Assembly (NCBI GenBank): GCA_035569395.1
Contig: DATMNC010000011.1
Coordinates: 67,560 to 131,559, forward strand
Origin: Thermoanaerobaculia bacterium
GTDB taxonomy: Bacteria; Acidobacteriota; Thermoanaerobaculia; Gp7-AA8
Reading direction: 5' to 3'
DNA length: 64,000 nt
This document shows positions 19,662 to 31,004 of the stretch, piece after piece. Both the position numbers and the translations under genes were made by a program. The notes beneath the pieces are model-generated. The model made no database searches. It saw nothing but the letters and a program-made list of their open reading frames with translations, and was not told the DNA's origin. Every line of letters begins with the position of its first letter. Within the stretch, counting starts at the first letter, position 1.

Positions 19662-21276
19662 CCTTGCCCGGCACCAGCGGGACGCCGTCGAGCGTGCGCT
19701 GGCTCTGATCGCCCGCCATGGAGGGGCGATCCTCGCCGACGACGTCGGCCTCGGCAAGTCGTACGTCGCGGCGAGCGTCGCCGCCGCATGGCACCGTCGC
19801 GGAAGCCACGTCGAGCTCATCGTTCCCGCGTCGCTTGCGGAACAGTGGCGCGAGACGCTGCGCGAGTTCTGTATCGATGCGCGCATCATCACGCACGATG
19901 CCCTGGCCGGCGATCCGACGCTCAGCGAAGGGGAGCGATTCCTGGTCATCGACGAAGCGCACGCCTTTCGCAATCGCCGGACGCAACGCTGGTCAGCCCT
20001 GGCTCGCCGTTCAATCGCATCGAGGCTGCTCCTGGTCACGGCGACACCGATCTGCAACTCCGCCGACGACCTTCTTGCACTCATCGCGCTGATCGCCGCC
20101 GACGACACGCTGCGCTGTTCCGGCGTAGCGTCGATCGACGATGCCTTCGCCGTTCGCGACGGACCTTCGCTCGACACCATCGTCCGCGAGCTCATCATCC
20201 GGCGCGAGCGCGACGTTCTCCCACCAGACTTGTTCTTTGGCACACTCGATCGGCGGGTCATCCGGCATCCGATCGCCGATGCGCCGATCGACGCGTTGCA
20301 GTTTCCGCTCAGCACCAGCGCGCCGTTGCTGCGCCAGTTTCTCTGGCGCCGGCTGGAGTCGAGTCCGGCCGCGGTGCTCGAATCGGTGCGGCGGCAGCTT
20401 CGCTTCTACGAGCGCGTCGTCGAAAGCGGCCGAGCCCTTTCGCGCCGCGATTATCGAAGCGCCTTCGCCGCTGAAGCGGATGAGGACGCGTTTCAGCAAA
20501 TCCTCTTCTGGGATCTGGTCACGCCCGCGGATGGCCTCGATACGAACGCGATTCGTGGCGAGATGGAGCGGCTAGCGGCCGTTCGCGTCGTCGTCGAGCG
20601 CGCCGAGGACACGAAGGCGGCGCTTCTCGAAGCCGCGATGACGGCCGAGCCTACGCTGATCTTCACCGGCGCGGCGGCGACGGCGCGCGCGCTGTCGAAA
20701 CGGTTGCGTAGCGGCCTGGCCACCGCGCGCGACGGATGCGGCGCGATCGATGCCTTTCGCAATGGCTTGATCGACCGCCTCGTTGCCACCGACCTCGCCT
20801 CGGAAGGACTCAATCTGCAACGGGCCGGCGTCGTCGTGCACTACGACATCCCCTGGAACCCGGTGAAGCTCGACCAGCGCAATGGCCGCGCCTACCGCAT
20901 CGGCCAGAGGCGCGACGCGGTCCGCGCCATCTACTTCCTGCCCGAGCGGCGCAGCCGTGTCGTCGAAACGATCGCATCGAAGAACCGTACGCGTCGCCGC
21001 ATCCTCGGCATGCATCCGCGCCCGATCGAGTTCGCCGCTCCGCATGTGCTCGATCTTCCGCAGCGGCTTCCCGGCGATTCTCCCGCTCTCAACCTGATCC
21101 GCGCATTGCGCGCCCACGGACTCACCCCTACGCCCGCGCTCTTTCGCCGTCACCGCGCCGGCGTGGAGCAGTTGTTCGAAGAGATGGCGCACGAGTATCT
21201 CGACGGCAGCCGGTTGTCGGAATTGGAGAAGGTGCTGGAGAGGGAGAGGGTGGTGACGTCCGGACGGCGCGCCTAG
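19654..21276 (+). CDS. SNF2-family helicase/ATPase (minimal core)
   Basis: Motifs ILADDVGLGKSYVA (I), LVIDEAHAFRN (II, DEAH), LLVTATPICNSADDLLALIALI (III), C-terminal helicase VATDLASEGLNLQRAGVVVHYDIPWNPVKLDQRNGRAYRIGQ. Start ATG 19654 overlaps the MTase stop by 8 nt (ATGCCTGA). Confidence 0.75.
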   Translation: MPDLARHQRDAVERALALIARHGGAILADDVGLGKSYVAASVAAAWHRRGSHVELIVPASLAEQWRETLREFCIDARIITHDALAGDPTLSEGERFLVIDEAHAFRNRRTQRWSALARRSIASRLLLVTATPICNSADDLLALIALIAADDTLRCSGVASIDDAFAVRDGPSLDTIVRELIIRRERDVLPPDLFFGTLDRRVIRHPIADAPIDALQFPLSTSAPLLRQFLWRRLESSPAAVLESVRRQLRFYERVVESGRALSRRDYRSAFAAEADEDAFQQILFWDLVTPADGLDTNAIRGEMERLAAVRVVVERAEDTKAALLEAAMTAEPTLIFTGAAATARALSKRLRSGLATARDGCGAIDAFRNGLIDRLVATDLASEGLNLQRAGVVVHYDIPWNPVKLDQRNGRAYRIGQRRDAVRAIYFLPERRSRVVETIASKNRTRRRILGMHPRPIEFAAPHVLDLPQRLPGDSPALNLIRALRAHGLTPTPALFRRHRAGVEQLFEEMAHEYLDGSRLSELEKVLERERVVTSGRRA

Positions 21277-21411
21277 CGGGGCGTTCCGCCATGCCGCCGC
21301 GTCATTCCGTCCTCCCACCCGGGTCATTCTGACCCGCAAAACGGCCCGTTCCCCCTGAAAACCGATGGCACCACGCTTGTTCCAGTCCCTCCCCGAAAAG
21401 GAGACACACCC

Positions 21412-21948
21412 ATGAAGAAAACAGCGATCGCAGTACTGGCACTTTTGATGGCGGCGACGTTTGCCGCCGCGGATGACCATCCGGGCGGACCGGGACCGGG
21501 AGCACCCGCGGGTTACGAGGGCGGCGGCGGATATCTCGACGTCGCGTCAGACGGCACCGTGATCATCACCCGAGCTGCCGCGAGCAGCACGCACGCTAAC
21601 CCGGTGGCCGAGCTCGTGGCCATCCGCAACGGCGCCATCGCCTGGACGGCAACGCTTCCCTCACCGCGCACCCAGACCGAGATCTCCGGTTCGCAGGTGA
21701 TCGAGGTACGCGAGCCGGCACCCGCCGCCGGCGCCACGCCGGCGACCACGCTGACGGCGCTTTCGATCTCCAACGGCACCGAGGCCTGGACGCTCAACAT
21801 CACCGGACGCGTCAATAACTTGACGCCATTCAGCGGAGGGACCTATGCCGTCGTAGTCATACCGGCTGCGACCTCGGGTGGCACACCCACCCGAAACCTC
21901 GTTGCGATCAGCAGCAACGGTGTCGTTCTTTCAACCGTGGCCTTCTGA
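21412..21948 (+). CDS. hypothetical secreted protein
   Basis: AAGGAG RBS is present and the signal peptide is MKKTAIAVLALLMAATFAAA; no recognisable domain. Confidence 0.55.
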   Translation: MKKTAIAVLALLMAATFAAADDHPGGPGPGAPAGYEGGGGYLDVASDGTVIITRAAASSTHANPVAELVAIRNGAIAWTATLPSPRTQTEISGSQVIEVREPAPAAGATPATTLTALSISNGTEAWTLNITGRVNNLTPFSGGTYAVVVIPAATSGGTPTRNLVAISSNGVVLSTVAF

Positions 21949-22016
21949 TCATTTCCTTCTCCTGTCGGGCGACGGCGCGTCGCCGCCGCCCATTTCGCGT
22001 TCGCCCTGGAGCCTTC

Positions 22017-23186
22017 ATGCACATCCTCCATCTGCCTTCCTGGTACAGCACCTCCGATAAGCCATGGCGCGGGATGTTCGTGCGCGACCAGGCGCTGGCG
22101 TTGCAAGCGGCCGGAGTGCAGAACGGAATCGCCTTCGTCGAGCGCCGCAGCCTTTCGCGGTTCAACGGACTCAACCTGGCAGTCAGCCACTGGCAGACCG
22201 AGGCTCGTGAGGAAGACGACATCCCGACGATCCGGATGAAAGGATGGAGCATCCTGGCCCAGACCGTTCCGGGGTCGCTGCTCTGGGCGCGGCTGATGCG
22301 GCGGCTCTCCGAATCGTACGCGGCCGTCTACGGGGTGCCCGATCTCATTCACGGTCACGCCGCGCTCTGGGGCGGATACGCGGCGATGCTGGCCTCGCGC
22401 GCCCTTCAGCGGCCGTTTGTCGTCACCGAGCACTCCAGCGCGGTGCTGACCGCGGACCTTTCGCCGAACGAACGGCAACACGCCGCCACCGTCTATCGCA
22501 ACGCCTCGGCGGTCATCGCCGTCAGCCGCCATCTGAAGACGAGTGTCGACTCCGTCGCCGGCACGCCGGTGGCCGAGGTCGTTCCGAATACAGTCGACGG
22601 CGATTACTTCGCGCTGTCGCCGCGGCGCAACAGAACGACGTTCACCTTCCTGGCGGTCTGCGACCTCGTCAACTACAAGCGGGTCGACCTTCTCATCCGC
22701 GCGTTTTCCCGGTTGCACATCCGCCGTCCGAAAACCCGGCTGGTCATCGCCGGCACGGGGACAGAAGGCCCCCGCCTGCGCGGGCTGGCGCGTGCACTGG
22801 TGCCGGCGCATGCGGTCCAGTTCACCGGCGCGCTGCCGCGCTGGCAGGTGCGGCAGTGGATGCGCGAGGCGGATGCGCTGGCGCTATGCAGCGATTGCGA
22901 GACGTTCGGCGTCGTCTTGATCGAGGCCATGGCCATGGGCATCCCGGTGGTTGCCACGCGCTGCGGCGGCCCGGAAGACATCGTCACGCCGGAATCGGGC
23001 GTTCTCGTCGACCGCGATGATTCCGATGCCCTCCTTGACGGTATGCACGATCTTCTCCGGCGGCGTTTCGATCCGCTGGCCATCCGCGAGAACGCCCGGC
23101 GACGCTTCGGCTATCCGGCGATCGCAAACCGCCTGTGCGCTGTTTACGAACGGCTGCTCAGGCATGAACATCAGGAGGTGGCGTAA
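22017..23186 (+). CDS. glycosyltransferase family 4 (GT-B fold)
   Basis: The C-terminal half has EAMAMGIPVVATRCGGPEDIV, the typical GT4 (EX7E-like) region. Confidence 0.75.
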   Translation: MHILHLPSWYSTSDKPWRGMFVRDQALALQAAGVQNGIAFVERRSLSRFNGLNLAVSHWQTEAREEDDIPTIRMKGWSILAQTVPGSLLWARLMRRLSESYAAVYGVPDLIHGHAALWGGYAAMLASRALQRPFVVTEHSSAVLTADLSPNERQHAATVYRNASAVIAVSRHLKTSVDSVAGTPVAEVVPNTVDGDYFALSPRRNRTTFTFLAVCDLVNYKRVDLLIRAFSRLHIRRPKTRLVIAGTGTEGPRLRGLARALVPAHAVQFTGALPRWQVRQWMREADALALCSDCETFGVVLIEAMAMGIPVVATRCGGPEDIVTPESGVLVDRDDSDALLDGMHDLLRRRFDPLAIRENARRRFGYPAIANRLCAVYERLLRHEHQEVA

Positions 23187-23403
23187 TGCCCCGTCCCCCG
23201 AGCTATCCATTGCCGCTCGTTGCCGGTTCGCGGCGGCCGTCAGCACTTCGTTGCGATTCATGCTTCCACATCGGCGCTGCCGTCCACGTCAGCGGCCGGT
23301 CGCTCTGCGGTGAATGCTTCTTCGAGATCTCCGCGACCGAGGAGGCGAAGAGGCTGGGAACAATGGACCAGAGAATGGAAACGGAGGCGGCGTACGATCA
23401 CGT

Positions 23404-26606
<3,203 letters not shown>

Positions 26607-26611
26607 CTACT

Positions 26612-27319
26612 ATGCGCGTTTCGCTTCGTCCAATGTTCCCAACCACGCGACGCAGTGTGATCGCCGCTCTGGCGAGCGATGACGACGAGCAGCGCCGCCG
26701 CGCGTTCGATACGTTTGTCGCGCTCTACTGGAAGCCGCTCTACAAATACCTTCGCGTGGCGCGGGGCCGCGAGACCGCCGACGCCGAGGATCTGACGCAG
26801 GCGTTTCTGGTGAAGTGCTTCGAGGACGGGGCTCTGGCGGCGTACGACACGGCGAAAGCGAGTTTTCGGACGTTCCTTCGGATGTTGTTCGACCGCTTCG
26901 TAGCGAACGAAGTCAAGGCATCGCTGCGGCTGAAGCGCGGCGGCGGCAGCGTGCTGCTCGATTTTGGCAATGCGGAAGTTGAGATCGCGCGCGAGCACGA
27001 CCGGGGCGGCACGCCCGAGGATTACTTTCAGCGCGAATGGACGCGCAGCGTTTTCACTCTTGCCGTCGAGCGGCTGCGCGAGGAGGCCGACCCGGCACGC
27101 TTTGCCATCTTCGAGGCGTATGACCTCGACGACACATCGCGGGCCTCGTATCGCGAGACCGGCGATCGCCTCGGCATCAGCGAAACGAGCGTCACCAACG
27201 GCCTTGCGGCGATGCGGCGCCGTTTCCGGGCAATCGTGCTCGACGTGTTGCGCGAAGCGACCGCCTCCGAAGCCGAATACCGCGCCGAGGTCCGCGCTCT
27301 GCTCGGAGTCGAGGCGTGA
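26612..27319 (+). CDS. RNA polymerase sigma factor, ECF subfamily (kinase-associated type)
   Basis: Region 2 is FDTFVALYWKPLYKYLRVARGRETADAEDLTQAFLVK; region 4 HTH is YRETGDRLGISETSVTNGLAAMRRRF. Its stop overlaps the kinase start (ATGA). Confidence 0.75.
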   Translation: MRVSLRPMFPTTRRSVIAALASDDDEQRRRAFDTFVALYWKPLYKYLRVARGRETADAEDLTQAFLVKCFEDGALAAYDTAKASFRTFLRMLFDRFVANEVKASLRLKRGGGSVLLDFGNAEVEIAREHDRGGTPEDYFQREWTRSVFTLAVERLREEADPARFAIFEAYDLDDTSRASYRETGDRLGISETSVTNGLAAMRRRFRAIVLDVLREATASEAEYRAEVRALLGVEA

Positions 27320-28200
27320 CCTGGCTCTCGGACAATGCTGTGGCGCATCTTCGCTCCGTGGCCGAACTGCCTGACTTCAGCGGAACGCGTTACCGCATCG
27401 AACGCGAGTTGGCCCGAGGCGGGATGGGAGTCGTCTACGAAGCGGAAGATCTCGAGCTGCAGCGCCGCGTGGCGATCAAAGTACTGGCCAGCGAGCTTGC
27501 CTCGGACGATGCCGTCGAACGGATGCGCGCCGAGGCAAGAACCATGGCCCGTCTCGAACACCCGGGGATCGTGCCGCTGCACGACGTCGGACTGCTTGCG
27601 GACGGGCGACTCTGGTACGCCATGAAACTGGTCCGCGGGCGGCGCTTCGACGAGCTGAACGCCGCGCCGGCCGAACTGCTGCGCGTGTTTCTTCGCATCT
27701 GCGAGGCCGTTTCCTTTGCGCACGCCAACGGAATCGTTCACTGCGATCTCAAGCCGGAGAACGTGATGCTCGGCGACTTCGGCGAGGTGCTGGTCATGGA
27801 TTGGGGCGTTGCCCGCGCGGCCGGCGTCAACAGCGCACCTATCGCAGGAACGCGCGGCTTCATGGCGCCGGAACAGGAGCAGGGGACGTCGTCCATCGAT
27901 GCATCGACCGACGTCTTCGCCCTCGGAGCGATGCTGCGGGCGATTCTTCCGAAGCTCCCCCGTCCCCTTGCCGCGATCTGTGCGAAAGCGACCGCCCCCG
28001 CGCAGAGCGACCGTTACACGACCGCGCGCGCGCTGGCAGACGACGTGTCACGATGGCTCGACGGACTGCCGGTCTCCGCCTATCGGGAGAATGTCATCGA
28101 GCGCGCCGGCCGTTGGCTCGCGCGCAATCGCGTACTGATTACGATCATCGTCGCCTATCTGGTCATGCGCGTGATCGTCTTTCTCTGGATTCGCCGTTAA
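27316..28200 (+). CDS. serine/threonine protein kinase with C-terminal transmembrane anchor
   Basis: GMGVVYEA...VAIKVL (ATP lysine), HCDLKPENVML (catalytic loop), DWGVA (DFG-like) and APE are present; there is a C-terminal hydrophobic helix. Confidence 0.8.
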   Translation: MTWLSDNAVAHLRSVAELPDFSGTRYRIERELARGGMGVVYEAEDLELQRRVAIKVLASELASDDAVERMRAEARTMARLEHPGIVPLHDVGLLADGRLWYAMKLVRGRRFDELNAAPAELLRVFLRICEAVSFAHANGIVHCDLKPENVMLGDFGEVLVMDWGVARAAGVNSAPIAGTRGFMAPEQEQGTSSIDASTDVFALGAMLRAILPKLPRPLAAICAKATAPAQSDRYTTARALADDVSRWLDGLPVSAYRENVIERAGRWLARNRVLITIIVAYLVMRVIVFLWIRR

Positions 28201-28244
28201 AGGATTTCGAGCGAACGTTGAATACGATCTTCGGAGGAACAAAC

Positions 28245-29099
28245 ATGAACAAGATTCTCGTGGGACTTCTGCTCGGCGCCGCGCTCGGGGCGGTCGACGG
28301 TATGACGGCCTGGTTCACGCCGGCCGTACGCGCCGGGATCATCGGCATCGTCATCGGCTCGACAGTCAAAGGGATGATCGCCGGCATCGCCGCCGGCTGG
28401 TTCGCGCGGAAGGTGCAGTCGGTGGCGTGGGGCATCGCCTTCGGCCTTCTCGTCGGCGCGCTGCTGGCGTACGGCGTCGCGGCCATGCAGCACGGCTACT
28501 ACTTCGAGATCATGCTGCCCGGCTCGATCGTCGGAGCAATCGTCGGATGGGCCACGCAGCGCTACGGCCGGCCCGTGCGCGGCACAGCCGGAGCAACACT
28601 CGCCGCCACCTTCCTGGTCATGCTCACGGTCAACGCCCGCGCGGCGGAGCCGGTGAAGGCTGCCGATGCCTTCGCGCATCTGAAGGCACTGGCCGGCACA
28701 TGGAACGGCCACGCCATGACCTCTGACGGCCCACCCGCCAGCGTCAGTTATCGCCTCACGGCCGGCGGAACCGCGGTGATGGAGACGCTCTTCGGCGGGA
28801 CGGAGCACGAGATGCTGACGATCTACACGCTCAACGGCAATGACGTTGTAGCCACCCACTTCTGCGGCGCCGGCAACCAGCCGGTCATGAAGCTCGACAA
28901 GACGCAGTCGACGCCCGACCGCCTGGTCTTCTCGTTCGTCAGCGTCGGCGGCGATCACGCCAAGGATCATCCGCACGTCCACAACGGCTTCATCCACTTC
29001 ATCGGCAACGACCAGTTGGAAGCGACATGGACGATGCAGACCGCCGACGGCGGCCCCTTCGAGCACAGTCCGAAGTTTTTTCTGACCCGAGGGAAGTAG
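28245..29099 (+). CDS. hypothetical membrane protein (GxxxG-rich TM N-terminus + uncharacterised C-terminal domain)
   Basis: GGAGGA RBS precedes ATG 28245. There are four glycine-zipper helices, then a soluble domain with no recognisable motif. Confidence 0.55.
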   Translation: MNKILVGLLLGAALGAVDGMTAWFTPAVRAGIIGIVIGSTVKGMIAGIAAGWFARKVQSVAWGIAFGLLVGALLAYGVAAMQHGYYFEIMLPGSIVGAIVGWATQRYGRPVRGTAGATLAATFLVMLTVNARAAEPVKAADAFAHLKALAGTWNGHAMTSDGPPASVSYRLTAGGTAVMETLFGGTEHEMLTIYTLNGNDVVATHFCGAGNQPVMKLDKTQSTPDRLVFSFVSVGGDHAKDHPHVHNGFIHFIGNDQLEATWTMQTADGGPFEHSPKFFLTRGK

Positions 29100-29132
29100 G
29101 CGGCGTAGACAAGGCCCCTGGATAGGACGTTC

Positions 29133-29245
29133 GCTCCCGTTTCGATCCTCGCTTGCTTGGTTTCGACCCTCGCTTGCTTCGTTTTGACCCTCGTTTTGCT
29201 TGGTTTCGACTCTCGGTTGCTTCGTTTCGCCGATCGCTTGCTTCA
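29133..29245. repeat. tandem repeat array, ~5 copies of a 21-22-bp unit (gtttcgaccctcgcttgcttc)
   Basis: Units are gtttcgatcctcgcttgcttg / gtttcgaccctcgcttgcttc / gttttgaccctcgttttgcttg / gtttcgactctcggttgcttc / gtttcgccgatcgcttgcttc. It shares the core CTCGCTTG with the array at 2617-2742 and likewise lies in a convergent gap. Confidence 0.8.
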
Positions 29246-29251
29246 TTTCAT

Positions 29252-30190
29252 CTAATACTCCAGCGCGATCGCCGGCGTCCCTACCTCTTTCCCATCCGCC
29301 TCGGCATGTGGATAGATGAAGTAGTTGAGCGGCTCGGCGGTGTGCGGCGTGAGCACGAGGTCACGTCCCATCGTGAACTGCACGCGGTCGGGATCGAGAT
29401 TGCCGAAGAGGTAGGCGCGGCGCGCGGGATCGGCCGACTTCGAAGCCTCGGATGGATCGACCGGAATCCAGCCCTGGCCCTTCACGTAGAACTCCGCCCA
29501 GCAGTGATAGCCGGTGACGGTGCCGTGATCCGACGTCATCGGAAAGCCGATGACGAAACGCGCCGGGATTCCTTTTGCGCGCGCCATCGACATGAAGAGC
29601 GAATGGAAATCAGTACAGTTGCCGGCTTTGATGTCGCAGGCGCGCTCGGTGTCGCCATGGCCCCAGCCCGGGATGGTTTTGTCGTACTTCATCGTCGCCA
29701 GGAGGTAGTCGTAGATGGCATGCGCCTGGTCGGCCGGCGTGGTCTTGCCGGCCGTCACCTCATTGGCCAGCTTCTTCACACGCGGTGAGAGAGTCACGAG
29801 TTTGTCGGCCTTCAACGCGCGCGTCAGCTCCACCCGCGATGCCTGCGTTTCCGCGAGCTTCGCCGTCGTCACCTCGTTGCGGGTTCCACGGAAATGCACC
29901 TTCACGACAAAATCACCCGAATGCGGATTGGTGATCGTCGCGTAGGCGTATCGGTCGCCGAACTCCCCATCGGACGTTTCCGTCCATCGCTGCGGCGAGT
30001 CGATCTTGACGTCGCTGATGGTCTGCCCGCCGCGGCTTACGGGCAACGGAATCCAGACGGTCATCTCTTTCAAACCAGCAGGGACATCCTTGACCGTTGC
30101 GATGTAGGTGGCTTCGAACGACTTGCTGTCCGAAGCAAAGAGAGGAAAAGCGGTAGCGGCAAGGAGGAGGAAAAGAAGGCGGCTAGTCAT
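29252..30190 (-). CDS. transglutaminase-like cysteine protease superfamily protein, secreted
   Basis: Signal peptide is present; Cys in GNCTDFHSLF, His in GYHCWAEF and a downstream Asp form the transglutaminase-core triad. Confidence 0.7.
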   Translation of the reverse strand: MTSRLLFLLLAATAFPLFASDSKSFEATYIATVKDVPAGLKEMTVWIPLPVSRGGQTISDVKIDSPQRWTETSDGEFGDRYAYATITNPHSGDFVVKVHFRGTRNEVTTAKLAETQASRVELTRALKADKLVTLSPRVKKLANEVTAGKTTPADQAHAIYDYLLATMKYDKTIPGWGHGDTERACDIKAGNCTDFHSLFMSMARAKGIPARFVIGFPMTSDHGTVTGYHCWAEFYVKGQGWIPVDPSEASKSADPARRAYLFGNLDPDRVQFTMGRDLVLTPHTAEPLNYFIYPHAEADGKEVGTPAIALEY

Positions 30191-30255
30191 AATCGCAAGT
30201 TTATCGGATCAATGATTTGCAAGCAGCCCCTTGACAATTCGACGATTGGACTCCA

Positions 30256-30996
30256 ATGTTTCTATTCCATCAAGTCAGGAGCCAAGCCATTCTAAGCGTT
30301 GACCAACTTCCCGACAGCCGCCGGGCGATCCTACTCGCTCTCAAGCGCCAGGGTCCGTCCACCATCGCGCAGCTCGCTTATCAGTTGCAGCTCACCGGCG
30401 AAGCAGTGCGTCAGCAGCTTTTGCAGCTCCAGCGCGAAGGGTGGATCGAGTCGCGAGTCGCGCGCGGCGACGAGCGCGGACGCACCGGCCGGCCGGCCAC
30501 GCGTTACAACCTTACCGAGGCCGGTGACCACCTCTTTCCGAAGAGCTATGACCTCCTCAACGTCGCCGTCATCGACGCTGTCGCCGAGGAGCTCGGGCCC
30601 GATGCCGCGGTGCGCGTGCTCAAGCGCGTCTGCGATGACCGCGTGTCGATGGAAGGAAAGACCATCCATGGAATGCCGCTGGAGAACAAAGTCGAGGCGC
30701 TCAAGGGCCTCTACGCCTCCGCCGACCCGTACATGACCAGCGAGAAAGTCGACGACGGTTTCCTCCTCGTCGAGCGCAACTGCCCCTTCTTCACCACCGC
30801 CATGCGCCGCCCGGCACTCTGCAGCGTTTCCGTCAACGCCCTGACGCGGCTCCTCGGCGTACGCGTCGAGCGCGATGAGACCTTCCAGGCCGGCGCCGGC
30901 CGCTGCGTCTTCCACATCTACGCGAACGAGCCGATCGACGCCACGAAGTGGGAGTTCACGATGGAGAACGAACTGCCGCACCACGAGGGGACGTAA
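30256..30996 (+). CDS. winged-helix transcriptional regulator (ArsR/MarR-like HTH) with uncharacterised C-terminal domain
   Basis: ILLALKRQGPSTIAQLAYQLQLTGEAVRQQLLQLQREGWIE...RPATRYNLTEAG is an HTH + wing pattern. It is divergent from the transglutaminase gene and co-directional with the flotillin gene 9 bp downstream. Confidence 0.55.
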   Translation: MFLFHQVRSQAILSVDQLPDSRRAILLALKRQGPSTIAQLAYQLQLTGEAVRQQLLQLQREGWIESRVARGDERGRTGRPATRYNLTEAGDHLFPKSYDLLNVAVIDAVAEELGPDAAVRVLKRVCDDRVSMEGKTIHGMPLENKVEALKGLYASADPYMTSEKVDDGFLLVERNCPFFTTAMRRPALCSVSVNALTRLLGVRVERDETFQAGAGRCVFHIYANEPIDATKWEFTMENELPHHEGT

Positions 30997-31004
30997 CCTC
31001 TTAG

